Under the pieces are notes generated by a model that ran no database searches, was not told the origin of the DNA, and was given only the letters and a program-made list of their open reading frames with translations. A DNA stretch of 64,000 nt from a virus (lineage: Duplodnaviria; Caudoviricetes). The position numbers and the translations under genes are program-made. Below, in pieces: positions 30,111-39,858 of this stretch; positions within the stretch are counted from its first letter, which is position 1, and every line of letters starts with the position of its first letter. Location of the stretch: IMG/VR virus record IMGVR_UViG_3300042258_000341, positions 32,001-96,000 of that record; one strand, given 5' to 3'.

Positions 30111-32651
30111 ATGACAGTATCAGGCGGTTCTGCATCTGTACCGATTCAAGAAATTGATCTTTCGACCCGTGTTCCGGGTTTCCCCGGTGTTTACGGCGCA
30201 ATCCTTATTCCTTCAAGAAAAGGGCCTATCGACACTCCAAGACTCATGACTTACGAAACACAGTTGATGAGAACTTATACCCCTCAAGATAAACTTGAAG
30301 TGGGCGATTCTCTCGCATTCTTCTCAGCATCGGCTTTTTTACAAAGATCCGATAAACTGTGGACTTTCCGTGTAATCGGAGACAATTATGCGTATGGCGG
30401 CGTTGCAATCAAAACCAACGATCAACCCGCAAATACAGCATGGGTTTCTGGACTTGAAGATCCGACAGCATACACTTTCGGAACTCATGACCTTTTCACA
30501 ATTTATCAATCCGACCCCGGCGTGTGGTCAGATGATGTTTGTATAACTCTTTCTGTAAAAAGAGATAGGGAAAATATCCTTCTCAATTCCTCAAATGTAG
30601 TGCATGAAGCGGCAACTTCAGCGATTGGTTCTCTTGGCGTAGGAACTCCAATTACGATTCCTGCCGAAGCTGCAACAGGAGTTCTTGACAGTGCCCTTAC
30701 AATTACTGCCGTTCCGGGTGCTGCAGGAAACGTAACAATTAACGTAGTTGGCGGCGGAACTGCCGGAAGTGAAACTGCTGTTCTCAACAGTGGCGTAATT
30801 ACTCTTACAATCGAAGACGGTGTTTCTACACAAGACCAAATGAAAACCGCCCTTCTTACCGTTGTAAGCACAATTGCAAACGTAGTCGCTGCAAGTCCAA
30901 CCGATATTTGGCTTCTCGGTGTGGGAACAGATACTGTAACTCTTTCCGGCGGGGAAGATTCTTATATCGTCGTTTCGGATGGAGAAATCAATATCACTGC
31001 TGTTACAGGTAAGGCTGGAAACAACATTCAGATCGAACTGGTTGACGGCGCAACTGCAGGAAGTGAAACTGCAACTCAAGTGGGAAATGTAATCACAGTA
31101 GCTATCGAAGACGGGGTTTCAACTCAAACTCAAATTCGCACAGCTCTTCTTACAATCCCCAGTGTTTTCCTCTCTATCGTTGCAGAAAGACCAACCGAAG
31201 CTTGGACTCTTGGTGATGGTAGCGATTCTGTCCAACTTGCCGGTGGAACTGATGCTTCAACTTCAATCACCGTAACACAAAGATTTGCTTCCGGAGAACC
31301 CGTAAGATTCTCCATGCTTACTTCTTTAACAGGTGATGCCCTCCCCGGCGGATTAAATAACTACACCACCTATTACACAGTCGCTGCTTCTGCAACTACT
31401 GTTAAGCTTGCAAATACCGCAGAAGACGCTCTTGCAGGAAATGCTCTGCTCCTCTCCTCTACCGGACAGGGAACTATGCAATTGGTTCCGATGAAAGCGG
31501 TTTCCGAACCCGATTCATTCCTTATCGAAATCTTCCACAGAAGCAATTTGAATGTTGCTCTTGAATCTTATTACGTGTCTCTCGTCCCCGGACAGAAAAA
31601 CGGTCTTGGACAAAACATGTATATCGAAGATTTACTCGAAGGCTCAAACTACATTCGTGCTCAAGTTAATCCTCTCGTTACAGGAACCCCCCTGCCACAA
31701 ATGATTCCTCTGTATATGAACGGTGGGGATGACGGAGACCCCGTAACTGATGGTAAAATGATGCAAGCTGCAGATGCTTTCCGAAATGCAGATACTTACC
31801 CGGTAACTGTTTTTATGGACGGTGGATGGGCAACCCCTGCTTTCCAGAAATACATCGACGGCATCGCTCAAAACAGACATGATTGCGTTTGTATGCTTTC
31901 AGTTCCTTACGACAAAGAAGCTTCCGCAAACTATCTGAATGACATCGTGGATTACTGGATGAACATTCTTAATCTCTCCAGTTCCTTCTCAGCTCTCTAC
32001 ACCCCACACGTTAAAGTATATGATAAATACAATGACCGTGGCTTGTATGTCAGCCCCGAAGGATATGCTGCTGCAGCTATCAGCTTTACCGCAATGAATT
32101 ATGAAATGTGGTATCCAGTTGCCGGTTTTAGACGTGGACAGGTAAATGTTCTTGATCTTCGCAGACGTTTCAGCAAAGGCGAAATGGATTACCTCTATGA
32201 TGGAGCTGTTTCAGGTGGCGGCGGTATCAATCCGTTACGTTTCGCCCCCGGCAGAGGTATTTTGATTTGGGGGCAAAAGACCCTTCTCGGAAGACCTAGC
32301 AGCTTATCGAGACTAAATGTAAGGCTTCTACTCTGCGTTATCGAACCTGCCATTGCTAAAACTCTCGAAGATTTCTTGTTTGAAATCAACGATGCTGCAA
32401 CTCGTGCTCAGGTAACTTCTGTAATTACAGATTACATGACCATTGTTAAGGCAAGACGTGGTGTTTATGCGTTTGACATTGTTTGCGATGATACAAACAA
32501 CCCTCCAGCAGTCATTGACCAATATCAAATGATTGTAGACCTGTATATACAGCCGATTCAATCAATTGAATATATCCCGTTCCGCTTAGTTATAACTAGA
32601 ACAGGTTCAGCTTTAGCTATCAATCAAGCAGCGGTTAATGCCGGGGCGTAA
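30111..32651 (+). CDS. Contractile tail sheath protein with inserted duplicated domain
   Basis: EIDLS..VP, KGP, WYPVAG..RG, INP, IWGQKTL, RLNVRLL, FEIND motifs. Confidence 0.92.
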   Translation: MTVSGGSASVPIQEIDLSTRVPGFPGVYGAILIPSRKGPIDTPRLMTYETQLMRTYTPQDKLEVGDSLAFFSASAFLQRSDKLWTFRVIGDNYAYGGVAIKTNDQPANTAWVSGLEDPTAYTFGTHDLFTIYQSDPGVWSDDVCITLSVKRDRENILLNSSNVVHEAATSAIGSLGVGTPITIPAEAATGVLDSALTITAVPGAAGNVTINVVGGGTAGSETAVLNSGVITLTIEDGVSTQDQMKTALLTVVSTIANVVAASPTDIWLLGVGTDTVTLSGGEDSYIVVSDGEINITAVTGKAGNNIQIELVDGATAGSETATQVGNVITVAIEDGVSTQTQIRTALLTIPSVFLSIVAERPTEAWTLGDGSDSVQLAGGTDASTSITVTQRFASGEPVRFSMLTSLTGDALPGGLNNYTTYYTVAASATTVKLANTAEDALAGNALLLSSTGQGTMQLVPMKAVSEPDSFLIEIFHRSNLNVALESYYVSLVPGQKNGLGQNMYIEDLLEGSNYIRAQVNPLVTGTPLPQMIPLYMNGGDDGDPVTDGKMMQAADAFRNADTYPVTVFMDGGWATPAFQKYIDGIAQNRHDCVCMLSVPYDKEASANYLNDIVDYWMNILNLSSSFSALYTPHVKVYDKYNDRGLYVSPEGYAAAAISFTAMNYEMWYPVAGFRRGQVNVLDLRRRFSKGEMDYLYDGAVSGGGGINPLRFAPGRGILIWGQKTLLGRPSSLSRLNVRLLLCVIEPAIAKTLEDFLFEINDAATRAQVTSVITDYMTIVKARRGVYAFDIVCDDTNNPPAVIDQYQMIVDLYIQPIQSIEYIPFRLVITRTGSALAINQAAVNAGA

Positions 32652-32676
32652 TAGGTAGTTATATTTAAGTCCTGTC

Positions 32677-32722
32677 TTTACAATAACCCCCTATTCATGT
32701 AGAATATGAGTAGGGGGTTATT
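32677..32722 (+). promoter_or_regulatory. Promoter embedded in RBS-sequestering hairpin
   Basis: TTTACA-17 nt-TAGAAT; IR AATAACCCCCTATTCAT / ATGAGTAGGGGGTTATT covers the RBS. Confidence 0.75.
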
Positions 32723-32725
32723 TTT

Positions 32726-34618
32726 ATGGCTGAAAAATTAAAACAAAAAGATGTGGAAAAGTGGTTTGAAGATCGGGGATCTAAACTACTTTCAACGTAT
32801 ATTGATTCTAAAACAAGAATATTTTTCTTATGTTCTATGTGCGGTAAAGAGACAAGTCACGCTAAATTTCCAAGATTAAGAAAAGATAACCCGACTTGTG
32901 TTTGTGTTCAATGTCATTTTGATAGAATGCGATTATCGATGTCTGAGATTTCAGAATGGTTTAAATCTAAAGGTTCTGAAATTTTAAATGAAATAACTTC
33001 AGTTCGCCAATCGGTTGTTTTTAAATGTTCTCTGTGCGGTAGAACTGAGAAATATTGTAGTCTTCATAGTTTAAAAGTAGTGAATCCTGACTGTAAATGT
33101 AAAGAATGTAACGGTAAAACTTTTAATTTAGATACTTTACAAAAATGGTTTGTGGATAAGGGTTCGAAATTATTTTCGACCGAATATGTAAATAATGTAA
33201 GCCCTCTTCAATATTCTTGCAGTAAATGTGGCTCCCCAGAAAAAAAATCTTTTAGGCATCTTCAAGAAAATTACAAAAATAATCCTGAAAAAGCTCTTTG
33301 GTGTAAAATATGTGTGTGGAAAGATTTGTCCAAGCGTTTTAAATACCCAAAAGAAAAGGCAGATATCTTTTTTAAATCCAAAGGTTCGGAATTATTGGAA
33401 TGGAACGGGTATTTTAAGCATGTAAAGTTTAAGTGTTGTAATTGTGGGGGGATTGGAACATATGCTAATTACAGTCAAATATATAAAAATAGATTTATGT
33501 GGTGTCTCTCTTGTTGGAGAGAGTATTATACCGGGGAGTCAAACCCACGGTATAATCATGAATTGTCTAAAAAAGAACGCATTTTAAGGCGAAACTTGCC
33601 GGGGTATTTGAGTTGGGTGAAACAAATATATCGTAAATTTAACTATTCTTGTGTAATTACTAAAAAAGACAATATAAAAAGAACCGCCCACCATTTGTAT
33701 AATTGGAGACATTTTGAAGATTTTAGATTTTCCCTTTGGAATGGAGTTCTTCTTTCAAAAAAGTTACATTTAGCATTCCATTCTCAATACGGATTCGGCA
33801 ATAACACCTTCAGTCAATTTAAAGAGTTTTATTTAAATTTAACGGGAAAAACTTTTTATCCTGTTAAGAATAAAAAGTTTGTTGTGGACATTTTAAATGA
33901 AAAAGAAGGATTAAAAGTCGCAGATTTAAAACAACTTTATCATTTAAAAGGCATAAATTATCTAAGTCTTTTGGAACAAGAGTTGCTGCAAAAACCTAAA
34001 ATATTCGATTCTTTTTTTGCAATTAAATTCCAAGTGTCTTCAGTTTTAACAAAAAAACACGCTCGAAAATTAATTGTAAAAGAGTTGACTTCAAAAGAAG
34101 CTAAGGTTTTTTTCACAGAAAACCATAGACAAGGGCATTACCCGGCTTCTGTGGCTCTTGGTTTATTTGATCCCGTAACAAATGAGCTTCTTTCCGCCAT
34201 GTCTTTCGGGCAACCTCGATTTGCAAAAGACTATCAATACGAACTTTTACGTTTCTGTAATAAAAATTACCATTTAATCCCCGGAGCAGCTTCTAAATTG
34301 TTCAAGTCTTTCTTAAAAAATTACAATCCATTAAGTATTATCTCATATTGTGACGTGCGATTCTCTTCTTTAGACCCTAAACAAACAGTTTATTCGTCAT
34401 TAGGTTTTAAACACACTCATACCTCCCGCCCGAATTATTTTTACATTAAAGACGGAAAAATGTATTCCCGAATTAAATTCCAGAAACATAAATTGAGGGA
34501 AGTTTTGGATACTTTTGACCCTAAGTTGTCGGAAAGAGAAAATATGTTAAATAATGGCTATGATATTTTTAAAGATTGTGGGAACCATGTTTTTGTTTGG
34601 AATAAAATTTCTTCGTAA
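32726..34618 (+). CDS. Homing endonuclease-like protein (Zn ribbons, HNH, Hef-like domain), paralog 2
   Basis: CxxC repeats; AHHLY...NGV...H..FH; NHRQG...ELLRFC...SYCD...DCGNHVF. Confidence 0.75.
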   Translation: MAEKLKQKDVEKWFEDRGSKLLSTYIDSKTRIFFLCSMCGKETSHAKFPRLRKDNPTCVCVQCHFDRMRLSMSEISEWFKSKGSEILNEITSVRQSVVFKCSLCGRTEKYCSLHSLKVVNPDCKCKECNGKTFNLDTLQKWFVDKGSKLFSTEYVNNVSPLQYSCSKCGSPEKKSFRHLQENYKNNPEKALWCKICVWKDLSKRFKYPKEKADIFFKSKGSELLEWNGYFKHVKFKCCNCGGIGTYANYSQIYKNRFMWCLSCWREYYTGESNPRYNHELSKKERILRRNLPGYLSWVKQIYRKFNYSCVITKKDNIKRTAHHLYNWRHFEDFRFSLWNGVLLSKKLHLAFHSQYGFGNNTFSQFKEFYLNLTGKTFYPVKNKKFVVDILNEKEGLKVADLKQLYHLKGINYLSLLEQELLQKPKIFDSFFAIKFQVSSVLTKKHARKLIVKELTSKEAKVFFTENHRQGHYPASVALGLFDPVTNELLSAMSFGQPRFAKDYQYELLRFCNKNYHLIPGAASKLFKSFLKNYNPLSIISYCDVRFSSLDPKQTVYSSLGFKHTHTSRPNYFYIKDGKMYSRIKFQKHKLREVLDTFDPKLSERENMLNNGYDIFKDCGNHVFVWNKISS

Positions 34619-34676
34619 TTACATAAATTTTTCAGTATATTTTAAATAAACATAAAATAAAGGAGATATTACAGAT

Positions 34677-34970
34677 ATGCCACATCCTTCTCAGGTAATG
34701 ACTTCTCAGTTCCAAGTTCAACAGGTTTTATATTCCCATGATGATTTTGCAATCGGATATGGGATCTGGGACGGACATATTAAAACTATTGCTGTCCGGT
34801 GGAACGGATTAACGGACAATACTTTAGGATTCCCCGTTTCTCACGGACATCCGGTATGGCTGGTGATTCCTGAAAAATTGTGTTTACCTTTCATTATTAC
34901 GTTGTTCAACATCCCGGAATCTGATCGTCCCGCAATTATTGCTGCTTTGGAAGATATCGAAAAGGAATAA
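34677..34970 (+). CDS. Hypothetical protein
   Basis: AAGGAG RBS; RWNG...GFP...PVW. Confidence 0.7.
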   Translation: MPHPSQVMTSQFQVQQVLYSHDDFAIGYGIWDGHIKTIAVRWNGLTDNTLGFPVSHGHPVWLVIPEKLCLPFIITLFNIPESDRPAIIAALEDIEKE

Positions 34971-34974
34971 ATAA

Positions 34975-36153
34975 ATGAAACGATTAAAAGAATGTGAATC
35001 TTGTGGAAAGACAAAATTCCTTCGTGGTTTTCGGAAAGTATTCGGAAAACACTACCGAAAAATCTGTAGACAATGCGAAAAGAAAGGGCTTGTTTCTGGA
35101 CTTGCCCCTCGGAAAGAAGAATCCTCTCCGGAGGAAGTTATTCTTGAAATCGAAAAGCTTACTGTAGAACAGATACAAAAACTTGTGCGTTTCGGGGATC
35201 ATTCCGGGGTTGTAGGTCTTTCAAGAATAACCGGATTGCCTCTTTTTAAGACGCAAAAAGCTCTTAAAATCCTGAAAGAAAGAAAAGCAATAAAAGGGTT
35301 TGACCCGAATACAAAAGATTTCGAAATCTTTGTGGATTTACCGAATAGTGAAAAACAAGTCTTTTTTAGATTTAACGGGGATTTAAAAGCCTGTAGAGGT
35401 TGCGGAGCATATTTACCATATTCCGAATTCGACAAAGACTCTTACAATTTCGGGAAAGTGAAACATGTTTGTAAAAAATGTGAAAAAGAAGCTGTTTCTG
35501 CGGAAGAAGTCTTTAAAACTTGCGTTGTTTGCAAGAAAATAAAAATCCCGGAAGATTTCCCGAAAGTGAATAAAAAATATCGAAGAAGACAATGTAAAGA
35601 ATGTTACGCCTTTTTACAAAAAGAAAGACAGGAAAAATATAGAGCAAAGAAAAGAGGTGTTTTTTCTGAAGAAAAAACACCTAAAACCTTTCAAAAACCT
35701 TCCGATTTAGACGATCTTTTTGTGGAAGACATTGTAGAAGAAAGTATTCTCGGGGGTGAAGAGATGGGTCATAATCCTTTCGAAAGAAAAGAAACAACAC
35801 AATATCATGACGGGGGTAAAAGAACCTGTTATAAAAATGTAAGATATCCTGCAGGGGAAGAAAAAATAGACGGGGGTAAACAAAAAGAGCCTTCTTCTGA
35901 TACAGAAAAAGCAAAACCTGAAATAGACTCGGAATACGAAGAAGCTAAGGCATTTATCTACATGCTGGAAACTTTCTTTACTTATACCGAAGTCGCCGCA
36001 GATGTTGGCATGTTTCTTCAATTAGAAAAGACTTTTCATGACATTGCTAAACACACAAAGAACAAACAAATCGAAAAATATTTGGCAAAAACTTTACGAA
36101 ATATACATCAAATCAAAAGCATCTTCGAAACCAATAAGGAAGTGAACGGATGA
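34975..36153 (+). CDS. Multi zinc-finger protein
   Basis: Three C4 fingers (paired CxxC); no nuclease motif recognised. Confidence 0.65.
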   Translation: MKRLKECESCGKTKFLRGFRKVFGKHYRKICRQCEKKGLVSGLAPRKEESSPEEVILEIEKLTVEQIQKLVRFGDHSGVVGLSRITGLPLFKTQKALKILKERKAIKGFDPNTKDFEIFVDLPNSEKQVFFRFNGDLKACRGCGAYLPYSEFDKDSYNFGKVKHVCKKCEKEAVSAEEVFKTCVVCKKIKIPEDFPKVNKKYRRRQCKECYAFLQKERQEKYRAKKRGVFSEEKTPKTFQKPSDLDDLFVEDIVEESILGGEEMGHNPFERKETTQYHDGGKRTCYKNVRYPAGEEKIDGGKQKEPSSDTEKAKPEIDSEYEEAKAFIYMLETFFTYTEVAADVGMFLQLEKTFHDIAKHTKNKQIEKYLAKTLRNIHQIKSIFETNKEVNG

Positions 36154-36323
36154 ATTACAAATATTCAGGGAAATTTAAAGACTTCATGCGAAAACTCTCC
36201 CTTTACTGCAAATGTGTAGATCATGCTAAATTGGAAGATAAAATGACTGCCCTTGCCAATATCGAAAACAAAAGAAAACTCACCCGGTTTGTCGAAGGAG
36301 AATATCTGGCTTCTCTACATTAA
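36150..36323 (+). CDS. Small hypothetical protein (57 aa, not in ORF track)
   Basis: ATGA overlap with upstream stop; MNYKYSGKFKDF... Confidence 0.55.
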   Translation: MNYKYSGKFKDFMRKLSLYCKCVDHAKLEDKMTALANIENKRKLTRFVEGEYLASLH

Positions 36324-36485
36324 TAATTTGTGCATTGTCTCCTAATATTTTTTACTCCCCGGAACACTCTTTTCGAGGAGTTTTTCTTTTTCTAATTCTA
36401 TCTGATAGATAAGTATTAAATTAATCTTTTGCAGATACTTATTGTAATTTTATTTTTCTGCTTTCTGCAAAAGGAGTTTATCGAT

Positions 36486-37010
36486 ATGACAGTAAGACCA
36501 ACAATTGATCAGGTCAGAACTTTAACCGATTTCGCAACCAGTTATCAATGGTTTATGCGTGTAGAACAGTCTGCTTCAGGGGGATTCCCCACTTCTGAAG
36601 AAATCAACTTAAGATGTATCTCTACAGAAATCCCTCTGTTGAACGATACTCCAATTGAAACTTCAATCCGTGGACATAAAGTATGGCAACCGGGAATCCA
36701 TAATTACACCCAGTCAATCACTCTTACAATGGCTGAATCTGTAGATATGAAAATTATGGAATGGATCAAGGCATGGCGTGAAGCTTGTTATGAAACCCAA
36801 ACCGGTGTTCACAGAACAAAAGACGATGTTGAAGCAACAATCGTTCTCACTCGCCTGAATCGTCAGGATCAACCTATCTGGACTTACAAACTTATCGGTT
36901 GTTTCTTGAGCCAATACACTCAAGATACTTTGGGAACAGAAAATGCCACCTTGCGCCCGACCCTTGTTATCAATTATGATTACTTTACTGATGGTGCGGG
37001 TCAGTTATAA
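36486..37010 (+). CDS. Tail tube protein (T4 gp19-like)
   Basis: IRGHKVWQPG, ITLT..E, W..AW, YKL.GCF, INYDYF; ATG at 36486 with AAGGAG RBS. Confidence 0.8.
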   Translation: MTVRPTIDQVRTLTDFATSYQWFMRVEQSASGGFPTSEEINLRCISTEIPLLNDTPIETSIRGHKVWQPGIHNYTQSITLTMAESVDMKIMEWIKAWREACYETQTGVHRTKDDVEATIVLTRLNRQDQPIWTYKLIGCFLSQYTQDTLGTENATLRPTLVINYDYFTDGAGQL

Positions 37011-37044
37011 TCTGCGTTTGCGGGTTTTAAGTTAAAAACAACTC

Positions 37045-37092
37045 TTGATTTTTTTCAAGACCTTCCTTATAATAAAAAGTAAGGAAGGTCTT
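37045..37092 (+). promoter_or_regulatory. Promoter embedded in RBS-sequestering hairpin
   Basis: TTGATT-17 nt-TATAAT; IR AAGACCTTCCTTA / TAAGGAAGGTCTT covers the RBS. Confidence 0.75.
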
Positions 37093-37097
37093 TTATT

Positions 37098-39014
37098 ATG
37101 TTGCAAAAATATATTGATAAATTTAAAGAAATTGGCTCGGAAATTATTCAATATCCGAAAAATGTTACGGGGGAGACTTTTACTTTCCGATGTTTAATGT
37201 GTGGCGGGGAGGGTTCTTATTTAAGTCTGGATACTTTTTTTCGAAGGAAAGCGAAAGCTCTTTGTGCGGAATGTACTGCTGAAATCACTCGAATAAAAAA
37301 GAAAAACAAAGAATACAATAAAGTCGTTTCTTTTGTCGAAAAAGCGGGAGCCAAAGTTGTAAATTACACAAAGCAGTTAGAGCCTATCACTTTACAATGT
37401 CCCGGGTGTTTACAAGAGTTCACATATTCCACTTTCAACAACCTTTTGAAAAGAAACCGGGAATGTTTCTGCAGCAATTGTGTAGAAAACACAAAAGAAT
37501 TGCAGAAAATACAAGAAAACGTGGAATATGTGGAAAAAGAATTAATCCCTTTTCTTTCGGAGAAAGGGATTAAAATTCGTCAGCCTTATCCGATAAATAA
37601 AGATGAGCCTCTTTTGGGGTATTGTTCGCAATGTGGGAAAGAACATGCTTATATATCAATCACACAACTTTTATTTCAAATAAAAAAACAAGGAATCCCG
37701 GTTTGTTCGGAATGCAAAGCTGTAAAAATAGGGGAGTCCCAAAAAAAGAACAATTTCCCGGGGTTTCTGAAAAAGACACGAGAACTCTTTAAACAACATG
37801 GTTCGAAGTTGATCAACAAACCACAATCGACAAAAAGTATTTTTATTTTTAAATGCGCTCAGTGTGGCGAAGAAAAATCCCGGTATAAATTTAGTTATTT
37901 CCGTAAAGAAACCGGCAATTTTATTTGCCCGGATTGCGCAATGAAAAATGCGGGAAAAAAGAAAAGAATAATTCCTTTTTTTGAGAGGGGTGAAAATAAT
38001 GTAAAAAACAGAGGGAATAATTTTGAATATTACAATACGTGGGTTTTAAAAATAAGACGAAAATACAAAAAGAAATGTGTTATTTCCGAAGAGACTAAAA
38101 AAGTGGCGGCTCATCATATCTTTGGCTTTAAAAGATTCCCCTCAGTGGCGTTAAATTTCTTCAATGGCGTTCTACTATCTTCTAAGTTACATAGAGAATA
38201 CCATTCAAAATACGGGAGAGCCTCTGCAAATTATTTCACTTTTCAAGAATTTTATAAAGAAAAAACAGGAAAGAACTTTTATCTGGTCAACAATAAAAAA
38301 TTAAGAGTTGATCTTTTTTCAGAACAAATTGACTTTTTAGAGTTGAAAAAAATAGCTGCAGATAAAAAGATTAATTTAATCCCTCTTTGGTGGCAGGAAT
38401 ATGTGTTAAATCCTGAAATAATGACTTCTATTTTCAATAATAAAATAGGAAAAATAAAAAATAGACTTTTTGCTCGAAATTGTGAGGTTCGTGAAATTTC
38501 TTCCGAACAAATACAAACCTTTTTACATAAAAACCACAGACAAGGTAAAATCCCCTCCAAGATTAATTTAGGTTTATTTTTCAAAGAGGAATTGGTTTCT
38601 GTTATGTCTTTAGGATCGCCTCGGTATTCAAAAGAAAACCAATACGAATTACTCCGGTTTTGTTCCAAATTAAATACGATAGTTGTGGGAGCCGCTTCCA
38701 AACTCTTTACTTATTTTGTAAAGAAATATAATCCCGTTTCCGTTATTTCATATTGTGATGTAAGGTTTTCTTCTCTTGATCCTGAAAAGACGGTATATCC
38801 GAAATTAGGTTTTAAATACTCGCACACTTCGCCTCCGAATTATTTTTATTACAAAGACGGGAAGTTCTTTTCTCGGCTACAATTCCAGAAACATAAGTTA
38901 CCGGAGATTTTGTCAGATTTCGATCCTGAACTTTCTGAAAAAGAAAATATGTTAAGAAACGGTTTTGAAATTATGACGGATTGTGGGAACCATGTTTTTA
39001 CTTTTAAGAAATAA
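37098..39014 (+). CDS. Homing endonuclease-like protein (Zn ribbons, HNH, Hef-like domain), paralog 3
   Basis: CxxC repeats; AHHIF...NGV...H.EYH; FARNCEVREI...NHRQG...DCGNHVF. Confidence 0.75.
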   Translation: MLQKYIDKFKEIGSEIIQYPKNVTGETFTFRCLMCGGEGSYLSLDTFFRRKAKALCAECTAEITRIKKKNKEYNKVVSFVEKAGAKVVNYTKQLEPITLQCPGCLQEFTYSTFNNLLKRNRECFCSNCVENTKELQKIQENVEYVEKELIPFLSEKGIKIRQPYPINKDEPLLGYCSQCGKEHAYISITQLLFQIKKQGIPVCSECKAVKIGESQKKNNFPGFLKKTRELFKQHGSKLINKPQSTKSIFIFKCAQCGEEKSRYKFSYFRKETGNFICPDCAMKNAGKKKRIIPFFERGENNVKNRGNNFEYYNTWVLKIRRKYKKKCVISEETKKVAAHHIFGFKRFPSVALNFFNGVLLSSKLHREYHSKYGRASANYFTFQEFYKEKTGKNFYLVNNKKLRVDLFSEQIDFLELKKIAADKKINLIPLWWQEYVLNPEIMTSIFNNKIGKIKNRLFARNCEVREISSEQIQTFLHKNHRQGKIPSKINLGLFFKEELVSVMSLGSPRYSKENQYELLRFCSKLNTIVVGAASKLFTYFVKKYNPVSVISYCDVRFSSLDPEKTVYPKLGFKYSHTSPPNYFYYKDGKFFSRLQFQKHKLPEILSDFDPELSEKENMLRNGFEIMTDCGNHVFTFKK

Positions 39015-39066
39015 TTTATGTAATTTATTTCTTTTTCCGGTATATTACGTATAAAGGAAATACTAA

Positions 39067-39852
39067 ATGAAAATACAGATACTTTCAGACTTACATAGAG
39101 AATTCGGAACTCCCGCTTCTTTCTTTACAAAAGAGGACATTGTGGGGGACGTTCTGGTTCTTGCTGGGGATATAGATTGTAATCCTTTGCGTTTGAAAGA
39201 ATATCTTCTGACAATAAATAAAGTACCTATTTTCCTTGTCTTGGGTAATCATGAATTTTACGGACACAATTATTTAACCGTTCGTAAAAAATACCGGGAT
39301 TTATTGTTTTCCCCGGAAGAAAATCTTTATCTTTTGGACAATCGAGAAATACAATTACGGGAATTTTCCGGATATTCTTTTCACGGAACAACTCTTTGGA
39401 CAAAATTAACCGATGATGTTGTTGATATGTCTTACCTTCAACATGTAATGAATGACTATCACGAAATAATTTATTACAAAGAAGGACACACCGAGCTTTA
39501 CAACAGATTAAGCCCGGAGATCACTTCGAAAGAACACGGAAAGAATATTAAGTTTCTGAAAAAGACGTTACTTTCTCGTAGTTCACAAAAGAAACGAATT
39601 GTAATTTCACATCATTTACCTTCTTTTCAATCCGTTCCTTTACGTTTTGCGGGGAATAAGGTTAATTATGCTTACGCTACGAATCTGGAAGAAATGATTC
39701 TCGAAACTATGCCTGTTCTTTGGTGTCACGGTCACACCCACAATTCTCAAGACTATTTTATCGGAAATACAAGAATTGTCTGCAATCCCTACGGTTACTT
39801 CAATCACGAAGAAAACCGAGAGTTCAAAAAACATTTAATAATAGAGGTTTAA
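39067..39852 (+). CDS. Calcineurin-like metallophosphoesterase
   Basis: SDLH, AGD, GNHE, SHH, HGHTH. Confidence 0.9.
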   Translation: MKIQILSDLHREFGTPASFFTKEDIVGDVLVLAGDIDCNPLRLKEYLLTINKVPIFLVLGNHEFYGHNYLTVRKKYRDLLFSPEENLYLLDNREIQLREFSGYSFHGTTLWTKLTDDVVDMSYLQHVMNDYHEIIYYKEGHTELYNRLSPEITSKEHGKNIKFLKKTLLSRSSQKKRIVISHHLPSFQSVPLRFAGNKVNYAYATNLEEMILETMPVLWCHGHTHNSQDYFIGNTRIVCNPYGYFNHEENREFKKHLIIEV

Positions 39853-39858
39853 GAAAGT

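Noticed and set aside
36150..36323. MNYKYSG as another member of the leader family
   Set aside because: It lacks the conserved Leu and downstream K-x-A and sits in a non-structural unit; the match may be chance.
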